Made by a program: the position numbers and the translations under genes. From positions 124,001-188,000 of the forward strand of contig JAYWIR010000038.1 in assembly GCA_036172245.1 (NCBI GenBank): a stretch of DNA of 64,000 nt, written 5' to 3'. Numbering within the stretch: the stretch's first letter is position 1; every line of letters begins with the position of its first letter. This DNA comes from Raillietiella orientalis. Its lineage: Eukaryota. Shown in pieces: positions 51,660-62,560 of the stretch. The notes below the pieces were generated by a model that saw nothing but the letters and a program-made list of their open reading frames with translations, was not told where the DNA came from and did no database searches.

Positions 51660-54600
51660 ACCCGGTGACGCCGGGGCGATAAACATACAAGGGTATCTTG
51701 TAGGGAGTCGGTGGATGCTTGGGAGGGGGGGGGGCTTCCCGTTACTTATTCAGGTGAATCGGGTAGGGGATGGATGGTGGGTGGGGGGTATTCATAAGGC
51801 TACTAGTCTGTTGTTCCGGTGGGATTGGGGCCAGCCCGAGGGGGAGAGGGAGGGAGTTTGGGGTGTATTGACTAGACCGATTCTCCTTCGATTGAGATGC
51901 TGCACAACATCTGCCACATTCGCCCGCGTAGCGGCTGGAAGCGTGGTTCGCCTCGTGGCTTGACGAAGCAGCGGGATTGTAAAGCACCACGCGGATACTT
52001 TCCGTTTGTGCAGTTCCAGGTTTGTTTTGGCACGTATGAGTCCTCGAATGAAGCACAGGACTGCTATCACTGCTGCGTCAGGAATCTCCGTGCGCGTAAA
52101 AAGCGTCGCAAGATGTACCTGGGTTCGTCACAGTGTAAGTTAATTTGCTAGATTGCCCAGGAGTTTTCCTGGGCAATCTAGCAGTGTATGCTCCATGGTT
52201 TCTTTCCGGCCACAGAGGCTGCAGTTCGGGGAAATCCTATCCCCAGTGTCATGGAACAACCTGGCGTTGGAGTGTAGACCCCAATGGAGGACAGGATGGT
52301 GTAGTGCCTCGTCAATGAGGACAAGGAGCTGTCCGTACATCGCTGAGGGACTAGGAAGTTTTCTGGAGGAATGCTTAGAAGGTCAGCCCAGCGGCTTAGT
52401 CCTTCTGCCATGTGTATGGAATCCACGAGCGTTGCTAGTTGACTCGCCCTTAATGCTAGCAGGGGCACATGCCGGTCATTCATCCAGCAGAGTGTATCCC
52501 ATGGCGCTTCCTGTTGGCTGTCCGATTGGTTGCGTTGATTACGCCGGAAGGAGATTAAGGAGGAATTCCTCCAGCGGCGTGCTCTTTCCGGGGCCACCAT
52601 GAACTCTCCGAGCGGCATCTGTCCGATGAGCACTGGACGGCGAGGGAGGCTGTTCTGGTCCCCCTGCAACCGAATCCATGTGTTTAGGGATTCCAGTCTC
52701 CAGGCCTTGGTTCCTTGGTTACATGATAGCCAGCTGCATCTGCCGAGTTGACATCGCAGCTGCGTGAGAGGATAGCCAACGTTGCAGTGTAAGGCTCTTG
52801 TGTGTGTTGTGGACCACAAGGAAGCCAATCCTTGGCTGCCCATAGTCCACCTCAGGAATTCTTTTGTTGGGCAACACCAATGCTCGTTCCACCGTCGATG
52901 GTGGTGCATGAGCGTTCGAAAGAGAATCTCATTTTGCAGGGTTGTGAGCGATTTCACACCCAGGCCGGCCCTGTTACTTGGGGAGCAGATGCTTTTCAGC
53001 CTCACCCTGGACCGGCCCTTTCCCCACAAGAACTTCCGTAGGATGTGGTCTTCTCTCCGTTTAACGTTCGCCGTGGGGGGGCAAGAGAACAGGAGGGGAC
53101 GTAGTAGGGGAGCAGCGTATGTATTATAGATGGAGGCCCGTTCAGGCAGCCAGAACCTGCCGCCTTTGAACGGTGCCAGCGCCTTTTCTATACAGTCGAG
53201 GCGTTCGGACCAGGCTCCCTCAACCAGGAATTCTCCCAACGGAACCCCTAGGTACCTTAGATGCTTCCATACTGGGATACCCAGTCGCGTCCAGTCTGAA
53301 CGCCCAACCAACGATGAGTCTGACGGTACCATCGTCGACTTTGCTTTATTGATCCTCAGGCTCGCCCCTTCCTGAATGAGGTCGAAAAACAATTCGATCC
53401 TCTCGGTTGGGGTGGACCGAGGCACGAAGATGAGCATGGGCTGACGCCATATGTGAACAAGCGCTTTGGGATGGGAGGTCTAGAAAAGCAATTCTATAAG
53501 CCTTCAGTACCAGCTCAAAGTATATGACAAAGAGCAGCGGACTGAGGCTATCCCCTTGTCTGACCCCCTTTCTTATAGGCACGCCATGCACCTGGCAGTC
53601 GCAAAAGATGTTAGTTAGTGCAAAGCGCCAGGTAGCGCGCAAGTATTGTATAAGGACCGGAAGCAGGCCCAGTTTGTCCATGAGCTGTAAAAGGAGGTCC
53701 TGGTCGACACTGTCAAACGCTTTCTGCAGATCGACCGCAATCGCCAGGCCTCCCTCCAGCCCCTCGTTTTGGGGTGTCCTTCCCACTGTTGCGGTTCCCC
53801 TTTCGTGCAGCAAATGCTGCAGACTGAACCAGGACTGAGCGAGGATGAGGTTGGACTCGATGGAACGCCCGGGTACCGCATAGGATTGCTCCGAGCTGAT
53901 CAATCGGTCCGCTACTGCCCCTAGTCGTGCATTCCACAGTTTCGAGAATAGTTTGACGTCCTTGTTCACTAAAGTGATAGGACGCCAGCTCTTCAATAAT
54001 CTTAAATCCCCCCTTTCGGGATTGACCTCAGTTTTGCTGTGCAGAAGTTCCGGGAACGTCTCTCGTGCCCCGCATCAGCGAGTCGAGTTTCAGCACCATG
54101 GGAGTCAGGTCTTCCGCAAAGCATTTAAAGAATTCTTTGGGAAGACCGTCCTCTCCAGGAGCCTTCCCGGATTTTAGCGATAAGAGAGCACTGCGAATTT
54201 CGCCGCCAGCAAATGGCTCGTTTAGATTCGCGCGTTCCTCTTCCGAGATTATTGGGTTTCCTTCTGGTAGGAATAGTTGGGAGATCACCTTGTCCGGAGG
54301 ACTTCTGGAGTAGAGCGAGGTGTAAAACCGCCTTACTTCCTGCCTGATGTCTACCGGGTCCGATAGTGGCTCACCCTTCCCGTTCAGCAGGGTAGTGACC
54401 CCGACTGCCAGGTTTGGCGCTCCGCTTGGGCCTGGTATTCCGCAATCCTTCTGGGATCAATACGGTGATTGAAGTCTCTAGCCTGCAGGTAAAGGGAACG
54501 CACATCTCCAAAGCCTCTCGGCCGGCCTTGGGTAGACTGACTTTTTCACAGCCGCTCGACTTCGCTTTTGAAGGAGTCCCAATCATGGACGGACTCCATG

Positions 54601-55100
54601 GTGGTCCGCCTAATGAGATCCCTAATGATTTCCCTGGTGTCTTGATGTTCCAGACAGGGCAGTGGCAGCCTCCACATTTTCAGGGGGAAGGCACTTTGCT
54701 CGGGAGTTGAGCTCCACCTCAATCCTCGGGTGATCCAAGAGATAGGAGGGGATCCTTCCCCTTCTGCCTACCGCGAGTGTAATTGGTCATCCACGAAGAC
54801 GTGTTTAATGGCCCTCTCCTGTCCATGGTCTCCTGAGAGAATATTGGAGAGATGCCACCCCGCCAGCGTGTTTAACAGCCTCCTGGGTGTTGGATGCCCC
54901 TTATCCGATGTAGCATGTAGGGGAGTGTTGAAATCCCCCGCTACTATGTGAGCTACCCTTGGGTTAGGTGAACCTATCCAGGGAGCCCGAGGCTTCGGCA
55001 GGTAGGTGGAGATCGTGGAAAAAGCGACGGGCCTGCAACTTGGTAGCGGGAAAGCTTTTGATTGGTCGCCGATGTTGGAGTTTCGTTTCGGTCAGCGCTT
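51660..55100 (-). mobile_element. L1/Tx1-clade non-LTR retrotransposon ORF2 (APE endonuclease, RT, zinc motif), frameshifted
   Basis: IVAGDFNTP (~54925-54950), WRLP (~54670), LKSGKAPGEDGLPKEFF, WRPITLVNKDVKLFS, DLQKAFDSVD, GVRQGDSLSPLLF, LRINKAKS, RYLGV, CSLCGRKETMEHTLLDC. The YADD motif is destroyed (reads TYGVS at a frameshift ~53440). Confidence 0.92.
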
Positions 55101-56117
55101 TTACCGAGCAGAGCTCAGCGAACATAAATAGCGGGAGAAGTCTAGCCGGCTGTTGCTAGGCGAGACTGTGGAGTGCAGTCCGACGTGGAAGGAGTTGATT
55201 GTCAGCTGTGTTGTGTCAACAGAAATAAAAAAAAAATCGGAGAAAGCGTATGAAAGATGCAATAGCGGCACCGTGTATGAGTGGAAAGGGGTGGCTTCGA
55301 AGTCTTCATGCTTACGAGTGCGGGGTGTCCCGACAGATTGGTACCCGGCAACGGCGCAGAGGCGGAGATGTCCGACGTGCGTGCTTCTCCTGTTCAGTCT
55401 CCTAAGGATGCCTCGGTCGGAGGTTGAAGGGTTCTTCCTGCAACGGGAGACTGCCCCATTGCGTCGCTGAGCGGCAAAGCTCTGAGGAGGGCATGCAAGC
55501 ACGTGGAGAAGCAGAAAGCCATTTGCTTGGTTCACCGTGCGCGCATGTCATGAAGGCCGTCGAATCCCGTTCCTTGGTTGGAAGCAGTCCACAGTGGACT
55601 GAACACCGAAGTGATTGCCAAGGGTCTGTGTCCTAGGTTGGGCATATACTGTGGCCTTGGCCGCCAGTCCACTTTGGGCTGTCTACCTCCGCGCAGCTTG
55701 ACCCCAAGCACCGACTGTCATCTGTTTGAGCATGCAGTTGCCAATAAAGGGAGGAGTAAGGAAAGGGAACAGTCCGGGCCCCGTGGCGGCATATAGTTTC
55801 GAGTTCGTGCTAAAGGCTTAACGGTTTACCAGGGTTCCTGTTTTCCCCTTCCCTGTACACGCCTGCCGTAGCGGCCAACGCGGGTGGCATTGTCTCGGTC
55901 CGCTGCTGCGCCCAAGTTTCAGGGATCCCTCGACCTGATCTGCGTGGGGAAGAGTCTGGTGTCAGTAGGGAAAAGTTCAAGCCCGCGAGTGCTATGGACG
56001 CGCCTATATGTGTCTTGCAAATGTTCTGATCTTATACTCGCGACATAAGTTAATCCATGTTTGAGATGGACGTATGCACTTATAATTCTTATCATTCCCG
56101 CGGCAACGACAGTGAAC

Positions 56118-56480
56118 AAAATTCCATTTATATCGGCTATTGTCCTTTTTTGCCCATGTCGTATAGAGTTTATTATGTTGTTTTTCATCTTTGTGATATC
56201 TTAAAAATGTGGATGAATTATTGGTTTATTCGAATTATATTTATAATTTTTAAACAAATAATATATGTTTGGGAAAAATGAAAATATTTTATTTGATGTG
56301 GTGTAAATAAACAATTACAATAGTAGCTTCGTAAAGCCAGCACTTTCCAGTCAGTCGGTACCTCAATCAGAGTAAGGCTGCACGAGAAAAAGCGTCCCAT
56401 CCACCGAGGTCGCCACTGCGACTCGCGTGCCGTCGACACAGAACGTTTTAATTTGATAGCTCCACACTGAAAGGGTTAAC
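56118..56480. repeat. Second copy of the 45385-45670 cassette
   Basis: See 45385-45670. Confidence 0.85.
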
Positions 56481-56579
56481 AGTGAATCAAAAAAAAAAAA
56501 AAAAAACACTCAAAACAGTTGAATCAGAAGGGCCTCGCAGATCAGCTTGAGGAATTGTTGGAAATAATGGGGAGCAAGT

Positions 56580-57300
56580 GAATTAAATTCTGGGAGTGTG
56601 TGTGTGTGTGGCGAGAGGGACACCGGGTTTGCAAAGCTGCTTCTGGAGAGTCCTCAAGGTGGCCGCGATCTCCACGGCGACTTGTCCTGGAAAACGAGGC
56701 AGCCGTGCACGTAGGAGGCTTCCTGTTGCCGCTGATGCGACACCAGCGAGTAGCGGGTCGTCCGCGTGTCGCTCAGGCAACACGACGTGGCAGCGGTCGA
56801 ACTCCCTCTTCAGAAGAACCGACGCCGCGAATTCAGCCGGCGTTTCTCGAATGCAGGAACGCTGCCCATCGATCGTCCGACTCCTGGCACACTCCGGGAG
56901 ATGCTCCCCCTCGTGACGTGGCACAAACGCTCGTTCGTTGCGAGGGAGACCTAGGTGCAAGAGGAGCACCGCGTCGCGCCGCCCGCCGAGGGGGCTCAGA
57001 GGAGCGTCCAAACGCAGGGGAGGGACGGAGAATCACTGCAGGAGCGCACGGAAGGCTTTAGCCTGCCGGCGCTGTCTCCTCGACTAGGTGCACGGATCCT
57101 CCAAGAAACTTAATCATTCCTGCAATCCTGCAGGAGAGATCCGATCTTGCCGGTTGGCAGCTGCCGTTCTTCTCCATAGGGAAGACGGGCACCGGGGCCA
57201 GAGGTATTGCAGATGCTCCAGTCCAGTTCCTCGGTTATCCAGCAGCCTTTTGGGGGGAGGTCCTTCCGAAGCGCCGAGCCAGGACGAGGTCTTAGGGGCA
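56580..57300 (-). mobile_element. LINE ORF2 3' fragment
   Basis: LLLHLGLPRNER...ECARSR (56583-57011) matches the LLLHWGLPCNAR..CARC block of other copies. Confidence 0.55.
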
Positions 57301-57436
57301 GCTGCCGGCTAAGCGTGGCCAGACGGCCACGGAGTCCTGCCGTCGGACGTAAACGTTCAGGGGGCGGCGGGAGGTCCGCTCGTTGGTCTCCAGCAGGGAA
57401 GTGAGCCGTTTCTGTTTTTTTTTTTTCAAGAGTTCA

Positions 57437-57477
57437 ACTCAGATATTGGATGGAAGAGTTCCATCCAATATCTGAGT
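57437..57477. repeat. Perfect 19-bp inverted repeat with 3-nt loop
   Basis: actcagatattggatggaa-gag-ttccatccaatatctgagt. Confidence 0.92.
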
Positions 57478-57539
57478 CCAGAAAACTGCATGGCATGGAA
57501 GTTCGCATCAGTGAAGTTGTTGATTCGCAACAATTTCAC

Positions 57540-58470
57540 TGAGTGCGGAGAGCCGGATCTCTGAGGAAAGGCTTACCAGAATCAAGGGGTCCACCATCGG
57601 ACAGGAGCAACAGTACCCTGGGGCGCGCCTCAGGCAAGCAAGCACAGCCGCCTCTCGAGAATGCTCCACCCTCCAAAGAAAGCTCTGATTCCCAAGAATC
57701 CGTCAGTTGGACATGAACCTGGCTCACGGAGGCAACACCCCACGTAGCAGCGACCGTGCGGAGTAACACAGCAGCGAGAGGACTGCACAGGTGGGCTGGT
57801 ATGTTGGGAGTGGTGACAACTCCACCCCTCTTCCTGGAAGTGGCATAGATCCCCGTGGAAGTGCAACACATCCTGGCACATGTGATACACTGGGGTCTTC
57901 CAAGGAACGATCTCTCTCAAGGTTTGGCCGTTCCTTGATGCTCAAGAGCCTCAAGGGACGGCCAAACCCCCGTGAGGGAGATACGGGAAAGAAGAGACCT
58001 TCCCCCGCATGCTGATCGAACGCACGGGACCGGCTTGGGGACGCTGGGAAAAAGTGGCGCTCGGTTCGTCTTTTCCGGACTTGGCTCTCCAGGACCTGCC
58101 GAAAGGCGGACGTCCTCCAGACGTGCCAAAGGCGACCGAAATCAGCACGCAGAGGGACGCAATCGGATGCGAGGAACCGCGAGGAGCTGGATGCAGATGC
58201 AAGCAGACTGACCGTTTCCCGGTGATGACTCTCCCTCCCCCTCAAGATCCGCCTCTCCCTCCACGGACCCCGACTAACTCTGTTCACTTCTCGACGACCC
58301 GTTAGATTTGGAGACCTACTTTTCCATCAGGAAAAGTCGACGTATGTCTATTTTAAGAAATGGGGGTGCGGCGAACCCAGGCATAAAAGAGCTCCATCCT
58401 CCTCTGGTCGCTAAGGAGCAGGGCTGCCGGTCCCTCGCAGCCTACTGCCTGCCCGAGATTGCGAAGGGCG
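57540..58470 (-). repeat. Inverted copy of 33965-34895
   Basis: See 33965-34895. Confidence 0.95.
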
Positions 58471-58740
58471 GAGAGGAGCTACTGCTGGCTCCTTACGGGA
58501 TCCTCGCCGTGTGAGGAGTGAGCGCCCCGGTGCCGGAGCTGCATTCTGGCGCCCCTCCTTCGCTGCAGATGCTGGACGATCCGCACCGCGAGATTCGCGG
58601 CGCGGACCACTCAGAGGACCCGGACCGTAGGTTCCCCGGAGCGTCCGGCTCCTCCGGGGTGCAGGCGGCGGCGTCCCGCTTCGCGAAGGATTCCTGCTCG
58701 CCCCCGCACCGCACGATGGCACTGAGGGGTCGGGGTTGCC

Positions 58741-61700
58741 ACCCGGGTGCGCCCGGGGCGTTTATTAGTAAAACTCTACAATTACGTGGTATCAGGCCCC
58801 ACTAACGGCCACACAACACCAGACCTGCCGGGATACCGGGACGCAGCCCGGCGTGGCTCTCCTCGACAGCGAAGGGGGATGGAGTAAAAACAAAAAGAAA
58901 AAATAAAAACAAAAGGAAAACAAAAAAAGAAGTTGGAGGGCAGGGACGGGATCACAGTTCACTGGGAGGAGGGCCCATCCGTCGAAGGAAGCCGTCGAGG
59001 TCCTTCTGTATAATTCCCAGCTAGGGCCATCTCGCAGCTCTCCGCATGAAGCTGACTGCACACGGGATGACTTCCCTCTCGTTTATGTCCCGATCTTCGT
59101 TGTTGGCGTCGCTCCAGGCCGCCACGATGCCTCGGACGCAGCAAAGTGCTGAGAGGGCTGCGGCTGGCTGCAGGGCGTCCCGCACGAAGAGGAGGAGGAA
59201 AACGTCTCTGGGGGTGCTGCCCGTCGGGAGACCCAGGGTCGACCCAAACCGTTCCCAAAGGGGTCGAAGGGCAGCACAATCCACAATAAGGTGGGGGAGC
59301 GATTCCTGCTCCCCACACCTGGCACACGCAGGATCCATGGCTCCCCTTGTCCAGTGGAAGCGGCGTGCATTGCAGGGTAAACCCCAGTGCAATAGTAGCA
59401 ACGCCTACTCTTGCCACTTAAGGGGCAGGATACTGGATTCTAACATCAACGGGGGACACTTCAGCACATCCATGGGGATGGCGAGCAGCTCGCCCCATCT
59501 CTGTATTCCTCGCGGCTTGACGATCGGGGTTGTGGCGTCGGCCAGTGCTCCTGTAGTCCAGCCGCTCATCATCTTCTCACGTCCCGCGATGCAGCAGGAG
59601 ACTTGCCACCTTGGCGTCCGGCTGCTGTGAAGCGCCCTCCTCAGGAAGGGCAGCTCCGTATCTAAGCAGGTCGTCTCTGCCCACGTGCTCCTAGCGGGAT
59701 TCTCCAGGAGATTCCGCAGCGTGCAGCGGGCATAGGGGCTGCATCGGAGACGATTCCACGACTCGTGGCTCCGCTGGTTTACAACAGCCCAGGTGCCGAT
59801 ATTCTCCTCCAGCCAGGCGGAGGAGTTGCCGGGGCTGCAAACCATCCAGCTGTTCTCCTTCGCCAGGGTTGCCATGCGCCCTAGCAGTAGGCCGCATCTT
59901 CTGATCTTCCGGCCGGGGCACAGAAGAAAAGACGCGAGTCCTTCGCAACGGGACACACGACTGGCAAGGAGGCGAGCCGGAACACACCATGGGGTGCTCC
60001 ACATCTTCGCTGCGATGGCCATGGTGCGCCATCGCAGCTGAATTTCTAAGCGCTCCAATGTCAGGAGGCCAAGACCGCCGTCCCGACGCGGAGCGCATAA
60101 ATCCTTCAGAGGCACACGAGGCCTCCCGCTGCCCCAGAGGGCGATGCGGAGGAGGTCCTTGGTCCTCTTTTTGCATTCTACGGGGGCAGGGCAAACAAAA
60201 AGCAAGGGGCGGAGGATAAGAGCCGCGAAGGCGTTCCAAACCGCGGCCCGTTCCGGCAAGTGAAACTTGCCTTCCAGGAACGGGCCGATCACCGTCTCAA
60301 CTTTCCGGAGGCAGCTGAACCACGCTTCCGCAGGGGAGAAATCCCCAAACGGCACTCCGAGGTACTTCAAGCACCTGGCCGTCGGGATCCCCAAACGGAC
60401 CCAGTCCTGCTGCCCTGCCCACGCCGCACCAACTGGCACCACCGACGACTTCGCCCTGTTGACTGCAGTCCGGTCCCGCGGCTAAGCAGATCGAAGAAAT
60501 CCCCGACTGCCGCTGCCGGGGTGGACATCGGCAACAAGAGCAGAAGATCGTCGGCATAGGCGGCTACGGCGGGCGTGCCGGGGCACGAGCTCGGCAAGGG
60601 GGCCAAAGTCACCCTATACGCTCTCAGCACCAACTCAAAGTAGGTGCTAAAGAGCAGGGGACTGAGGCTATCGCCCTGCCGTATGCCCCGCCGCACCGGC
60701 ACGCCATACACCTTCTGACTGCTGAAATCAATGGTAATTATCTCACTGCGCCAGCAGGAGCGCAGGTAGGTTATCAGGGAGGGTGGGAAGCCCATGCGCC
60801 CCAGGAGCTCCAAGAGGAGATCCTGATCCACGCAGTCGAACGCTTTATGCAGATCGACTGCGATCGCTAGGGCCCCTTTCCCCGCCCGGGAGTCCTTTTC
60901 CTGCCCGACTGGCGGCCCCAAAGTGGGGTTGGCGATTTTCCCATGTCCTTCATTATGACACCTCTGCACATGCAACCATGTGCTCTCGAAGAACAGGTTG
61001 GCATCCATACTTCGCCCGGGAACAGCATAAGTCTGCTCCGGGCTAATTATGGATTCTGCCACCTGACCCAGACGCGAAGCCCATAGCCCGGAAATCAACT
61101 TGGCGTCCGTGTTCACAATAGTGATCGGACGCCAGTTGTTTAATTTTCTGAGGTCTCCTCCTTTCGGAAGGAGCCTCACTCTGGCTGACCGAAACGAGGC
61201 GGGAACATCGCCTTCGTCTCGGATCAGCCTTATCAACTCGAGCACCAGCTCTTCCGCGAAGCACTCGAAGAACTCCGCGGGCAAGCCGTCCTCCCCTGGC
61301 GCCTTACGCCTTTTGAGCCTTTGAGGGGTCAGGGAAGGGGGCGCGGAGGGAAGTGGGGTGGCGGATCCTCGTGGTGCCCTCCGGGTCTCAAGGAGCGCCT
61401 CGGTGGTGCCTCCACGACTTCGCCACCGCATGCGGGGGGGGCTGTCAGCACCGCCTGAGGGTGCGCGGATCTCAGGCAACCTCCAGCGGGGACATCCGGT
61501 CCTCTCTGACTCCTGGGGAGGCCCTCTCCTTAGTTGTATCCGGAGGGAACCTCCCAATTCGTGGGGGAGGCTCCTTGTTTGTCCCCCCGAGGGTAGCAGC
61601 TCCCTTCCAACGCTCTGGAGAGGAACCCCCGAGGGGGTTTGGACTAGCTTCATGGAACGCGACAGAGGGTCCCCCTCTGAATGGGACGGAAGAGGGCGAC

Positions 61701-62560
61701 TCTATTTGCACAGACAGAGGGTAACCCCGGGGCTCCGTGATTATTGGAAGGACCCGGAGGGTCAACTCCCAATCCCGGCAAGTCAACGAGGTCAGCCGGT
61801 TTCCGACGCGCACGTGCGTCCCACCAGCGCCGCGTCCAAAACCCGTGGACGCCATCCGGAGCCATCTTGCGAAGGGAGGGGCAACCGGAGCCCGCGATGC
61901 ACTCCCCTTTCTCGAGGTGGATACTCTCTCGGGGGGGATTCGAACCCGTAACTCTGGATGCCGCGGCCACGGCCTCCGACGGGAGCCTTCCTAACCATCC
62001 CGAAAGGGAGCCCTTCAAGGTTCCTGGGGAGGGGGAGGGGAGGGGATTTGGAGGAGCCCTCAACGGCATCGCGATAACGGAGGCGGTGCTTTCTGCTGTT
62101 GCGCCAGGGCCTTCAGGAAGCATGGAGCAGGCACTGCTCTCCCTGTGGAGGGAAGGGGTGAGTCCCGGTCCCCGGGAGCACAGCGGAGGAAGAACGCTGC
62201 GGGGATCTGAAGTTCCGAGTCTCAGGGTGCAAGACGTCCCTGCATAGGAAGACCCCTCGAGTGGCGACCTGTAGCGCGCCCAAGGACCCGGCGTTTACAA
62301 TCTGTCCGCTCTGCAGGCTGGTCGAGTTCCGTCCCTCTCTTCCGGTTCCAGGGGTGCGGGGGCGGGGGGTTCCTAGCAGGATGCTTCTGGCTCGAGGAGG
62401 CACTGGTGCGCCGTTCCTTGAGCCTTTGAGGGTCCACGGGAGAGCTAGACTTGCCGCCAGGTGGTGGTGCCACTCGGCAAGCCGACCTCGGGCTGTGAGC
62501 GCCCCCTGCGGTTCCGCAGGAAAGCTCCGGGAAGTCGTTGTTTTCAGGTCCTGGGACTCC
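58741..62560 (-). mobile_element. L1/Tx1-clade non-LTR retrotransposon ORF2, RT core well preserved but frameshifted and internally deleted
   Basis: KAPGEDGLPAEFF, LLPKGGD...NWRPITIVNTDAKL, DLHKAFDCVD, GIRQGDSLSPLLF, AYADDL (60367-61653). KYLGV...GGLGL (59405-60442). CARCGEQESLPHLIVDC (59021-59401). Endonuclease region is degenerate. Confidence 0.92.
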
